A DNA stretch of 64,000 bases, from assembly GCA_964016885.1 (NCBI GenBank), contig OZ024764.1:4216001-4280000 (forward strand). The letters run 5' to 3'. Under the pieces are notes generated by a model. That model worked only from the letters and a program-made list of their open reading frames with translations, searched no databases and had not been told where the DNA came from. This document shows, piece by piece, positions 51,966 to 64,000 of the stretch. Made by a program: the position numbers and the translations under genes. The stretch is from Eledone cirrhosa (lineage: Eukaryota). The stretch's first letter is position 1, and each line of letters opens with the position of its first letter.

Positions 51966-54689
51966 TAGGTGCCATCAAGGTAGTAGTAGTAGTAGTAGTA
52001 GTAGTGTAGGTGCCATCAAGGTAGTAGTAGTAGTAGTAGTAGTAGTGTAGGTGCCATCAAGGTAGTAGTAGTAGTAGTAGTAGTGTAGGTGCCATCAAGG
52101 TAGTAGTAGTAGTAGTAGCAGTAGTGTAGGTGCCATCAAGGTAGTAGTAGTAGTAGTAGTAGTGTAGGTGCCATCAAGGTAGTAGTGGTAGTAGTAGTAG
52201 TGTAGGTGCCATCAAGGTAGTAGTGGTAGTAGTAGTAGTAGTAGTGTAGGTGCCATCAAGGTAGTAGTAGTAGTAGCAGTAGTGTAGGTGCCATCAAGGT
52301 AGTAGTAGTAGTAGTAGTAGTGTAGGTGCCATCAAGGTAGTAGTAGTAGTAGTAGTAGTGTAGGTGCCATCAAGGTAGTAGTGGTAGTAGTAGTAGCAGT
52401 AGTGTAGGTGCCATCAAGGTAGTAGTAGTAGTAGTAGTAGTGTAGGTGCCATCAAGGTAGTAGTAGTAGTAGTAGTAGTGTAGGTGCCATCAAGGTAGTA
52501 GTAGTAGTAGTAGCAGTAGTGTAGGTGCCATCAAGGTAGTAGTAGTAGTAGTAGTAGTGTAGGTGCCATCAAGGTAGTAGTAGTAGTAGTAGCAGCAGTA
52601 GTGTAGGTGCCATCAAGGTAGTAGTAGTAGTAGCAGTAGTGTAGGTGCCATCAAGGTAGTAGTAGTAGTAGTAGTAGTGTAGGTGACATCAAGGTAGTAG
52701 TAGTAGTAGTAGCAGCAGTAGTGTAGGTGCCATCAAGGTAGTAGTAGTAGTAGCAGTAGTGTAGGTGCCATCAAGGTAGTAGTAGTAGTAGTAGCAGTAG
52801 TGTAGGTGCCATCAAGGTAGTAGTAGTAGTAGTAGTAGTGTAGGTGCCATCAAGGTAGTAGTAGTAGTAGTAGCAGTAGTGTAGGTGCCATCAAGGTAGT
52901 AGTAGTAGTAGTAGTAGTGTAGGTGCCATCAAGGTAGTAGTAGTAGTAGTAGCAGCAGTAGTGTAGGTGCCATCAAGGTAGTAGTAGTAGTAGCAGTAGT
53001 GTAGGTGCCATCAAGGTAGTAGTAGTAGTAGTAGCAGTAGTGTAGGTGCCATCAAGGTAGTAGTAGTAGTAGTAGTAGTGTAGGTGCCATCAAGGTAGTA
53101 GTAGTAGTAGTAGCAGTAGTGTAGGTGCCATCAAGGTAGTAGTAGTAGTAGCAGTAGTGTAGGTGCCATCAAGGTAGTAGTAGTAGTAGTAGTAGTGTAG
53201 GTGACATCAAGGTAGTAGTAGTAGTAGTAGCAGCAGTAGTGTAGGTGCCATCAAGGTAGTAGTAGTAGTAGCAGTAGTGTAGGTGCCATCAAGGTAGTAG
53301 TAGTAGTAGTAGCAGTAGTGTAGGTGCCATCAAGGTAGTAGTAGTAGTAGTAGTAGCAGTAGTGTAGGTGCCATCAAGGTAGTAGTAGTAGTAGTAGTAG
53401 CAGTAGTGTAGGTGCCATCAAGGTAGTAGTAGTAGTAGTAGCAGTAGTGTAGGTGCCATCAAGGTAGTAGTAGTAGTAGTAGTAGTAGTGTAGGTGCCAT
53501 CAAGGAAGTAGTAGTAGTAGTGTAGGTGCCATCAAGGTAGTAGTAGTAGTAGTAGCAGCAGTAGTGTAGGTGCCATCAAGGTGGTAGTAGTAGTAGTAGT
53601 AGTAGTGTAGGTGCCATCAAGGAAGTAGTAGTAGTAGTGTAGGTGCCATCAAGGTAGTAGTAGTAGTAGTAGTAGTAGTGTAGGTGCCATCAAGGAAGTA
53701 GTAGTAGTAGTGTAGGTGCCATCAAGGTAGTAGTAGTAGTAGTAGTAGTAGTGTAGGTGCCATCAAGGTAGTAGTAGTAGTAGTAGTAGCAGTAGTGTAG
53801 GTGCCATCAAGGAAGTAGTAGTAGTAGTAGTAGTAGTAGTGTAGGTGCCATCAAGGTAGTAGTAGTAGTAGTAGTAGCAGTAGTGTAGGTGCCATCAAGG
53901 TAGTAGTAGTAGTAGCAGTAGTGTAGGTGCCATCAAGGTAGTAGTAGTAGTAGTAGTAGCAGCAGTAGTGTAGGTGCCATCAAGGTAGTAGTAGTAGTAG
54001 TGTAGGTGCCATCAAGGTAGTAGTAGTAGCAGTAGTAGTAGTGTAGGTGCCATCAAGGTGGTAGTAGTAGTAGTAGCAGTAGTGTAGGTGCCATCAAGGT
54101 AGTAGTAGTAGTAGTAGTAGTGTAGGTGCCATCAAGGTAGTAGTAGTAGTAGTAGTAGTGTAGGTGCCATCAAGGTGGTAGTAGTAGTAGTAGTAGTGTA
54201 GGTGCCATCAAGGTGGTAGTAGTAGTAGTAGTAGTGTAGGTGCCATCAAGGTGGTAGTAGTAGTAGTAGTAGTGTAGGTGACATCAAGGTAGTAGTAGTA
54301 GCAGTAGTAGTAGTGTAGGTGCCATCAAGGTAGTAGTAGTAGTAGTAGTAGTGTAGGTGCCATCAAGGTAGTAGTAGTAGTAGCAGTAGTGTAGGTGCCA
54401 TCAAGGTAGTAGTAGTAGTAGCAGTAGTAGTGTAGGTGCCATCAAGGTAGTAGTAGTAGTAGTAGTAGTAGTGTAGGTGCCATCAAGGTGGTAGTAGTGG
54501 TAGTAGTAGTAGTGTAGGTGCCATCAAGGTAGTAGTAGTAGTAGTAGTAGTGTAGGTGCCATCAAGGTAGTAGTAGTAGTAGTAGTAGTAGTGTAGGTGC
54601 CATCAAGGTAGTAGTAGTAGTAGTAGTAGTAGTGTAGGTGCCATCAAGGTAGTAGTAGTAGTAGTAGTAGTAGTGTAGGTGCCATCAAG

Positions 54690-54734
<45 letters not shown>

Positions 54735-57700
54735 TAGGTGCCATCAAGGTAGTAGTAGTAGTAGTAGTAGTAGTGTAGGTGCCATCAAGGTAGTAGTAGT
54801 AGTAGTAGTAGTAGTGTAGGTGCCATCAAGGTAGTAGTAGTAGTAGTAGTAGTAGTGTAGGTGCCATCAAGGTAGTAGTAGTAGTAGTAGTAGTAGTGTA
54901 GGTGCCATCAAGGTAGTAGTAGTAGTAGTAGTAGTAGTGTAGGTGCCATCAAGGTGGTAGTAGTAGTAGTAGTAGTAGTGTAGGTGCCATCAAGGTAGTA
55001 GTAGTAGTAGTAGTAGTGTAGGTGCCATCAAGGTAGTAGTAGTAGTAGTAGTAGTAGTGTAGGTGCCATCAAGGTAGTAGTAGTAGTAGTAGTAGTGTAG
55101 GTGCCATCAAGGTAGTAGTAGTAGTAGTAGTGTAGGTGCCATCAAGGTAGTAGTAGTAGTAGTGTAGGTGCCATCAAGGTAGTAGTAGTAGTAGTGTAGG
55201 TGCCATCAAGGTGGTAGTAGTAGTAGTAGTAGCAGTAGTGTAGGTGCCATCAAGGTAGTAGTAGTAGTAGTGTAGGTGCCATCAAGGTAGTAGTAGTAGT
55301 AGTAGCAGTAGTGTAGGTGCCATCAAGGTAGTAGTAGTAGTAGCAGTAGTGTAGGTGCCATCAAGGTAGTAGTAGTAGTAGCAGTAGTGTAGGTGCCATC
55401 AAGGTAGTAGTAGTAGTAGTAGCAGTAGTGTAGGTGCCATCAAGGTAGTAGTAGTAGTAGCAGTAGTGTAGGTGCCATCAAGGTAGTAGTAGTAGTAGTA
55501 GCAGTAGTGTAGGTGCCATCAAGGTAGTAGTAGTAGTAGTAGTAGTGTAGGTGCCATCAAGGTAGTAGTAGTAGTAGTGTAGGTGCCATCAAGGTAGTAG
55601 TAGTAGTAGTAGTAGTAGTGTAGGTGCCATCAAGGTGGTAGTAGTAGTAGTAGTAGCAGTAGTGTAGGTGCCATCAAGGTAGTAGTAGTAGTAGTAGCAG
55701 TAGTGTAGGTGCCATCAAGGTAGTAGTAGTAGTAGTAGTAGCAGTAGTGTAGGTGCCATCAAGGTAGTAGTAGTAGTAGTAGTAGTAGTGTAGGTGCCAT
55801 CAAGGTGGTAGTAGTAGTAGTAGCAGTAGTGTAGGTGCCATCAAGGTGGTAGTAGTAGTAGTAGTAGTGTAGGTGCCATCAAGGTAGTAGTAGTAGTAGT
55901 AGTAGTAGTGTAGGTGCCATCAAGGTGGTAGTAGTAGTAGTAGCAGTAGTGTAGGTGCCATCAAGGTGGTAGTAGCAGTAGTAGTAGTGTAGGTGCCATC
56001 AAGGTAGTAGTAGTAGTAGTAGTAGTAGTGTAGGTGCCATCAAGGTGGTAGTAGTAGTAGCAGTAGTGTAGGTGCCATCAAGGTAGTAGTAGTAGTAGTA
56101 GTAGTAGTGTAGGTGCCATCAAGGTGGTAGTAGTAGTAGTAGTAGTGTAGGTGCCATCAAGGTAGTAGTAGTAGTAGTAGTAGCAGTAGTGTAGGTGCCA
56201 TCAAGGTAGTAGTAGTAGTAGTAGCAGTAGTGTAGGTGCCATCAAGGTAGTAGTAGTAGTAGTAGTAGCAGTAGTGTAGGTGCCATCAAGGTAGTAGTAG
56301 TAGTAGTAGTAGTAGTGTAGGTGCCATCAAGGTGGTAGTAGTAGTAGTAGCAGTAGTGTAGGTGCCATCAAGGTAGTAGTAGTAGTAGTAGTAGTAGTGT
56401 AGGTGCCATCAAGGTAGTAGTAGTAGTAGCAGTAGTGTAGGTGCCATCAAGGTAGTAGTAGTAGTAGTAGTAGTGTAGGTGCCATCAAGGTAGTAGTAGT
56501 AGTAGTAGTAGCAGTAGTGTAGGTGCCATCAAGGTAGTAGTAGTAGTAGTAGCAGTAGTGTAGGTGCCATCAAGGTAGTAGTAGTAGTAGTAGCAGTAGT
56601 GTAGGTGCCATCAAGGTAGTAGTAGTAGTAGCAGTAGTGTAGGTGCCATCAAGGTAGTAGTAGTAGCAGTAGTAGTAGTGTAGGTGCCATCAAGGTAGTA
56701 GTAGTAGTAGTAGTAGTAGTGTAGGTGCCATCAAGGTGGTAGTAGTAGTAGTAGTAGTGTAGGTGCCATCAAGGTAGTAGTAGTAGTAGTAGTAGTAGTG
56801 TAGGTGCCATCAAGGTGGTAGTAGTAGTAGTAGTAGTGTAGGTGCCATCAAGGTAGTAGTAGTAGTAGTAGTAGCAGTGTAGGTGCCATCAAGGTAGTAG
56901 TAGTAGTAGTAGCAGTAGTGTAGGTGCCATCAAGGTAGTAGTAGTAGTAGTAGCAGTAGTGTAGGTGCCATCAAGGTAGTAGTAGTAGTAGTAGCAGTAG
57001 TGTAGGTGCCATCAAGGTAGTAGTAGTAGTAGTAGTAGCAGTAGTGTAGGTGCCATCAAGGTAGTAGTAGTAGTAGTAGTAGTAGTGTAGGTGCCATCAA
57101 GGTAGTAGTAGTAGTAGTAGTAGCAGTAGTGTAGGTGCCATCAAGGTAGTAGTAGTAGTAGTAGTAGTAGTGTAGGTGCCATCAAGGTAGTAGTAGTAGT
57201 AGTGTAGGTGCCATCAAGGTAGTAGTAGTAGTAGCAGTAGTGTAGGTGCCATCAAGGTAGTAGTAGTAGTAGTAGCAGTAGTGTAGGTGCCATCAAGGTA
57301 GTAGTAGTAGTAGTAGTAGCAGTAGTGTAGGTGCCATCAAGGTAGTAGTAGTAGTAGTAGTAGTAGTGTAGGTGCCATCAAGGTAGTAGTAGTAGTGTAG
57401 GTGCCATCAAGGTGGTAGTAGTAGTAGTAGTAGTGTAGGTGCCATCAAGGTAGTAGTAGTAGTAGTAGTGGTAGTGTAGGGTGCCATCAAGGTAGTAGTA
57501 GTAGTAGCAGTAGTGTAGGTGCCATCAAGGTAGTAGTAGTAGTAGTAGTAGTAGTGTAGGTGCCATCAAGGTAGTAGTAGTAGTAGTAGCAGCAGTAGTG
57601 TAGGTGCCATCAAGGTGGTAGTGGTAGTAGCAGTAGTGTAGGTGCCATCAAGGTAGTAGTGGTAGTAGTAGTAGTGTAGGTGCCATCAAGGTAGTAGTAG

Positions 57701-58470
57701 TAGTAGCAGTAGTGTAGGTGCCATCAAGGTAGTAGTAGTAGTAGTGTAGGTGCCATCAAGGTAGTAGTAGCAGTAGTGTAGGTGCCATCAAGGTAGTAGT
57801 AGTAGTAGTAGTAGTGTAGGGTGCCATCAAGGTAGTAGTAGTAGTAGTAGTAGTAGTGTAGGTGCCATCAAGGTGGTAGTAGTAGTAGTAGTAGTAGTGT
57901 AGGTGCCATCAAGGTAGTAGTAGTAGTAGTAGTAGTGTAGGTGCCATCAAGGTAGTAGTAGTAGTAGTAGTAGTGTAGGTGCCATCAAGGTAGTAGTAGT
58001 AGTAGTAGTAGTAGTGTAAGTGCCATCAAGGTAGTAGTAGTAGTAGTAGTGGTAGTGTAGTGTGCCATCAAGGTAGTAGTAGTAGTAGTAGTGGTAGTGT
58101 AGGTGCCATCAAGGTAGTAGTAGTAGCAGTAGTGTAGGTGCCATCAAGGTGGTAGTAGTAGTAGCAGTAGTGTAGGTGCCATCAAGGTAGTAGTAGTAGT
58201 AGCAGTAGTGTAGGTGCCATCAAGGTAGTAGTAGTAGTAGTTGTGGTAGTAGTAGTAGTGTAAGTGCCATCAAGGTAGTAGTAGTAGTAGTAGTAGTGTA
58301 AGTGCCATCAAGGTAGTAGTAGTAGTAGTAGTGGTAGTGTAGGGTGCCATCAAGGTAGTAGTAGTAGTAGTAGTGGTAGTGTAGGGTGCCATCAAGGTAG
58401 TAGTAGTAGCAGTAGTGTAGGTGCCATCAAGGTGGTAGTAGTAGTAGCAGTAGTGTAGGTGCCATCAAGG
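39404..58470. repeat. 19-kb minisatellite: GTGTAGGTGCCATCAAG + (GTA)n, roughly 500 units
   Basis: Near-invariant 17-mer separated by about 3-14 GTA triplets (mode about 7) with GCA/GTG variants. Unit number estimated from length. Confidence 0.97.
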
Positions 58471-58656
58471 TGCTTTTGTTGTCTGGATGAAAGCGTCCAT
58501 GTTTCACTTCCATATAGCAAGATAGGTTGAATTGTGACTTGGAAGAGTCTGATCTTGGTGTGGTTGGAAAGCAATCAACGGCAGTGATTTCAAGCAAGTC
58601 GAGGATTTCAAGTATCTTGGGGTCTGAGAAGGATTTTGCCACCAGAAAGGTCCAAG

Positions 58657-59283
58657 CATGGTCAGCTTGCAACAAGATGGATCGAGTTTTGTGCCCTGTA
58701 CTTCAGTACAATAGTTAATCTGACACAGAGTTGTGATGACATTACTAACTGACACTTCTAACTTTCTATCTAGGTCTCCCTCTAGTTTATTGCTACAGCT
58801 TTACTAAACCTTATCAATTCTGCTCTAACAGCCCTGATGAATCAGGGCAAACCCATGGTCAGCTTGCAACAAGATGGATCGAGTTTGGCGCCCTGTACTT
58901 CAGTACAATAGTTAATCTGACACAGAGTTGTGATGACATTACTAACTGACACTTCTAACTTTCTATCTAGGTCTCCCTCTAGTTTATTGATACAGCTTTA
59001 CTAAACCTTATCAATTCTGCTCTAACAGCCCTGACGAATCAGGGCAAACCCATGGTCAGCTTGCAACAAGATGCATCGAGTTTGGCGCCCTGTACTTCAG
59101 TACAATAGTTAATCTGACACAGAGTTGTGATGACATTACTAACTGACACTTCTAACTTTCTATCTAGGTCTCCCTCTAGTTTATTGCTACAGCTTTACTA
59201 AACCTTATCAATTCTGCTCTAACAGCCCTGATGAATCAGGGCAAACCCATGGTCAGCTTGCAACAAGATGGATCGAGTTTGGC
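58657..59283. repeat. 197-bp tandem repeat, 3 copies plus a terminal partial
   Basis: CATGGTCAGCTTGCAACAAGATG at 58657, 58854, 59051 and 59248. Confidence 0.95.
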
Positions 59284-59372
59284 TATCTATAATGGAACTT
59301 TTAACTTGCTGTGCCATGCCATGCTGTGCAGTGTTGTACTACCTAAACTAGACATCGTTATTTCTGCATTGA

Positions 59373-59517
59373 CGCATAGAGTTACGGCCCTTGCCATTCT
59401 GAGTTCAAATCCCGCCGAGGTTAACTTTGCCTTTCGTCCTTACGGGGTCGATAAAATAAAGTACCAGTAATACACTGGGGTAATGGCTGGTCCCTTGTGC
59501 CTAATGTAGAAACAATT
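59373..59517 (+). mobile_element. SINE family A, 5'-truncated
   Basis: GAGTTCAAATCCCGCCGAGGTTAACTTTGCCTTTC...GTCGATAAAATAAAGTACCAG. Confidence 0.88.
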
Positions 59518-59813
59518 ACCACCACCACCATCTCCACCACCACCACCACCATCTCCACCACCACCACCACCACCACCACCACCACCATCTCCACCACCAC
59601 TACCACCACCACCACCACTACCACCACCACCACCACCACCATCTCCACTACCACCACCACCACCATCACCACCACCACCACCACCATCTCCACTACCACC
59701 ACCACCACCACCACCATCTCCACCACCACCACCACCACCACTACCACCACTACCACCACCACTACCACCACCACCACCACCACCACCACTACCACCACCA
59801 CCACCACCACCAT

Positions 59814-59844
<31 letters not shown>

Positions 59845-59993
59845 ACCATCTCCACCACTACCACCATCTCCACCACCACCACCACCACCACCACCATCTC
59901 CACCACCACCACCACCACCACTACCACCACTACCACCACCACTACCACCACCACCACCACCACCACCACTACCACCACCACCACCACCACCAT

Positions 59994-60024
<31 letters not shown>

Positions 60025-60447
60025 ACCATCTCCACCACTACCACCATCTCCACCACCACCACCACCACCACCACCATCTCCACTACCATCATTATCCTCC
60101 TCATTAACAACAAAGAGTAAACGAAGAAAACAAAAACTATCTGACTAAGCCAAGTTCACTGTCATCCCTACCACCACCGCCATCTCCACTACCACCACCA
60201 CCACCACCACCGCCGCCATCTCCACTACCACCACCATCCCCACCACCACCACCATGCCTACCTCCACCACCATCTCCACTACCAGCACCGCCACCGCCAT
60301 CCCCACCACCACCACCTCCATCTCCACTCCCACCGCCACCCCCCGTCTCCACTATCCCCCGTCTCCACCCCCACCCTCATCTCCACTACCACCCCCACCA
60401 CCACCACCGCCACCGCCGTCTCCACCACCATTACCACCACCGCCGCC
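59518..60447. repeat. (ACC)n tracts with ATCTCC interruptions (59518-60090 and 60168-60447)
   Basis: Direct inspection. Confidence 0.95.
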
Positions 60448-60570
60448 TGAGTCCAAATCCCGCCGAGGTTAACTTTGCCTTTCATCCTTACGGGGGGGTC
60501 AATAAAATAAAGTACCAGTAATACACTGGGGCTAATGGCTGGCCCCTTGTGCCAAAAAGTAGAAACAGTT
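60448..60570 (+). mobile_element. SINE family A 3' half
   Basis: Same core and end (GTAGAAACA). Confidence 0.85.
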
Positions 60571-60648
60571 ATTTCTGTCAACCCTCATCTCCAGGAGCGC
60601 CAAGAGTGAGAACTCCCTTCCTCTCTTCCTCTTTTTCCTCAACCTACA

Positions 60649-63600
60649 GGCTTATATAGAGAGAAGGCCCAACCACTCAGGCCATCTTTGCCACATTCAC
60701 CCACCTTTTATAACATTTGCTGGGCTACAGATAAACAGATAGATAGAAAAGTACCAGTAATACACTGGGGTAATGGCTTATATAGAGAGAAGGCCCAACC
60801 ACTCAGGCCATCTTTGTCACATTCACCCACCTTTTATAACATTTGCTGGGCTACAGATAAACAGATAGATAGAAAAGTACCAGTAATACACTGGGGTAAT
60901 GGCTTATATAGAGAGAAGGCCCAACCACTCAGGCCATCTTTGCCACATTCACCCACCTTTTATAACATTTGCTGGGCTACAGATAAACAGATAGATAGAA
61001 AAGTACCAGTAATACACTGAGGTAATGGCTTATATAGAGAGAAGGCCCAACCACTCAGGCCATCTTTGCCACATTCACCCACCTTTTATAACATTTGCTG
61101 GGCTACAGATAAACAGATAGATAGAAAAGTACCAGTAATACACTGGGGTAATGGCTTATATAGAGAGAAGGCCCAACCACTCAGGCCATCTTTGCCACAT
61201 TCACCCACCTTTTATAACATTTGCTGGGCTACAGATAAACAGATAGATAGAAAAGTACCAGTAATACACTGGGGTAATGGCTTATATAGAGAGAAGGCCC
61301 AACCACTCAGGCCATCTTTGCCACATTCACCCACCTTTTATAACATTTGCTGGGCTACAGATAAACAGATAGATAGAAAAGTACCAGTAATACACTGGGG
61401 TAATGGCTTATATAGAGAGAAGGCCCAACCACTCAGGCCATCTTTGCCACATTCACCCACCTTTTATAACATTTGCTGGGCTACAGATAAACAGATAGAT
61501 AGAAAAGTACCAGTAATACACTGGGGTAATGGCTTATATAGAGAGAAGGCCCAACCACTCAGGCCATCTTTGCCACATTCACCCACCTTTTATAACATTT
61601 GCTGGGCTAGAGATAAACAGATAGATAGAAAAGTACCAGTAATACACTGGGGTAATGGCTTATATAGAGAGAAGGCCCAACCACTCAGGCCATCTTTGCC
61701 ACATTCACCCACCTTTTATAACATTTGCTGGGCTACAGATAAACAGATAGATAGAAAAGTACCAGTAATACACTGGGGTAATGGCTTATATAGAGAGAAG
61801 GCCCAACCACTCAGGCCATCTTTGCCACATTCACCCACCTTTTATAACATTTGCTGGGCTACAGATAAACAGATAGATAGAAAAGTACCAGTAATACACT
61901 GGGGTAATGGCTTATATAGAGAGAAGGCCCAACCACTCAGGCCATCTTTGCCACATTCACCCACCTTTTATAACATTTGCTGGGCTACAGATAAACAGAT
62001 AGATAGAAAAGTACCAGTAATACACTGGGGTAATGGCTTATATAGAGAGAAGGCCCAACCACTCAGGCCATCTTTGCCACATTCACCCACCTTTTATAAC
62101 ATTTGCTGGGCTACAGATAAACAGATAGATAGAAAAGTACCAGTAATACACTGGGGTAATGGCTTATATAGAGAGAAGGCCCAACCACTCAGGCCATCTT
62201 TGCCACATTCACCCACCTTTTATAACATTTGCTGGGCTACAGATAAACAGATAGATAGAAAAGTACCAGTAATACACTGGGGTAATTGGCTTATATAGAG
62301 AGAAGGCCCAACCACTCAGGCCATCTTTGCCACATTCACCCACCTTTTATAACATTTGCTGGGCTACAGATAAACAGATAGATAGAAAAGTACCAGTAAT
62401 ACACTGGGGTAATGGCTTATATAGAGAGAAGGCCCAACCACTCAGGCCATCTTTGCCACATTCACCCACCTTTTATAACATTTGCTGGGCTACAGATAAA
62501 CAGATAGATAGAAAAGTACCAGTAATACACTGGGGTAATGGCTTATATAGAGAGAAGGCCCAACCACTCAGGCCATCTTTGCCACATTCACCCACCTTTT
62601 ATAACATTTGCTGGGCTACAGATAAACAGATAGATAGAAAAGTACCAGTAATACACTGGGGTAATGGCTTATATAGAGAGAAGGCCCAACCACTCAGGCC
62701 ATCTTTGCCACATTCACCCACCTTTTATAACATTTGCTGGGCTACAGATAAACAGATAGATAGAAAAGTACCAGTAATACACTGGGGTAATGGCTTATAT
62801 AGAGAGAAGGCCCAACCACTCAGGCCATCTTTGCCACATTCACCCACCTTTTATAACATTTGCTGGGCTACAGATAAATAGATAGATAGAAAAGTACCAG
62901 TAATACACTGGGGTAATGGCTTATATAGAGAGAAGGCCCAACCACTTAGGCCATCTTTGCCACATTCACCCACCTTTTATAACATTTGCTGGGCTACAAA
63001 CAAACAGATAGATAGAAAAGTACCAGTAATACACTGGGGTAATGGCTTATATAGAGAGAAGGCCCAACCACTCAGGCCATCTTTGCCACATTCACCCACC
63101 TTTTATAACATTTGCTGGGCTACAGATAAACAGATAGATAGAAAAGTACCAGTAATACACTGGGGTAATGGCTTATATAGAGAGAAGGCCCAACCACTCA
63201 GGCCATCTTTGCCACATTCACCCACCTTTTATAACATTTGCTGGGCTACAGATAAATAGATAGATAGAAAAGTACCAGTAATACACTGGGGTAATGGCTG
63301 GCCTTGTGCCAAAAAGTAGAAACAGTTATTTCTGTCAACCCTCATCTCCAGGAGCGCCAAGAGTGAGAACTCCCTTCCTCTCTTCCTCTTTTTCCTCAAC
63401 CTACAGGCTTATATAGAGAGAAGGCCCAACCACTCAGGCCATCTTTGCCACATTCACCCACCTTTTATAACATTTGCTGGGCTACAGATAAACAGATAGA
63501 TAGAAAAGTACCAGTAATACACTGGGGTAATGGCTTATATAGAGAGAAGGCCCAACCACTCAGGCCATCTTTGCCACATTCACCCTCCTTTTATAACATT

Positions 63601-64000
63601 TGCTGGGCTACAGATAAACAGATAGATAGAAAAGTACCAGTAATACACTGGGGTAATGGCTTATATAGAGAGAAGGCCCAACCACTCAGGCCATCTTTGC
63701 CACATTCACCCACCTTTTATAACATTTGCTGGGCTACAGATAAACAGATAGATAGAAAAGTACCAGTAATACACTGAGGTAATGGCTTATATAGAGAGAA
63801 GGCCCAACCACTCAGGCCATCTTTGCCACATTCACCCACCTTTTATAACATTTGCTGGGCTACAGATAAACAGATAGATAGAAAAGTACCAGTAATACAC
63901 TGGGGTAATGGCTTATATAGAGAGAAGGCCCAACCACTCAGGCCATCTTTGCCACATTCACCCACCTTTTATAACATTTGCTGGGCTACAGATAAACAGA
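60649..64000. repeat. 126-bp satellite, highly homogeneous (about 21 copies, a 140-bp interruption, then at least 4.7 copies); truncated by window end
   Basis: 42-codon periodicity. The unit includes the SINE A piece AAAGTACCAGTAATACACTGGGGTAATGGCT. Confidence 0.96.

Larger units (their letters stand above)
38131..59288 (-). mobile_element. Single RTE-clade LINE copy interrupted by three internal tandem arrays, with inverted 5' segment
   Basis: Minus-strand peptide pieces are colinear: LSNHTKIRLFQVTIQPILLYGSETWTLSSRQQKHLDGTYT (58574-58452) / TYTRLLQHIQNKSW*HQTLREIYAGLP..RRVRFAG.CHRATSEAVSPLVLW (39420-39200) / SYPDVISRDSGIEIQDLATAMNDRPTWRSIVESISAE (38245-38131). The upstream piece INGSDFKQVEDFKYLG..SEKDFATRKVQAWSACNKMDRV is on plus from 58574. 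Confidence 0.88.

Noticed and set aside
39404-58470. CRISPR-like array (constant repeat with variable spacers)
   Set aside because: Spacers are only (GTA)n length variants, the repeat is LINE coding sequence, there are no cas genes, and the context is eukaryotic.
59421-60472. Mucin-like poly-Thr, poly-Val or Gly-rich ORFs (also 30514-31263)
   Set aside because: Trinucleotide microsatellites without supporting splice or domain context.
60688-63777. 42-aa repeat protein ORFs
   Set aside because: 126-bp satellite containing a SINE piece; sporadic stops and a frameshift, with non-ATG starts.

Overview
Eukaryotic, almost entirely repetitive DNA. The SINE families, TTAA-CCCTTT MITE ends, RTE/CR1/R4 LINE debris and long (AT)n tracts suggest a cephalopod (octopus-like) genome; this is inference from recognised repeat types. 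There is no intact gene, rRNA or CRISPR array, and most ORF-track entries are translations of microsatellites or tandem repeats. About two thirds of the window is tandem arrays: 112 bp (1-11130), 61 bp (twice), 48 bp (twice), 116 bp, 72 bp (twice), a modular CTGTAG array, 65 bp, 107 bp, a 19-kb 17 bp+(GTA)n array, 197 bp and 126 bp. Most of these arrays are amplified pieces of transposons whose flanks are still attached. The best case is one RTE-clade LINE copy (38131-59288) stretched to about 21 kb by three internal arrays, with a twin-priming-type 5' inversion. Three phase-compatible minus-strand candidate exons may belong to a host gene (low confidence). Coordinates were counted by eye and element boundaries are approximate.
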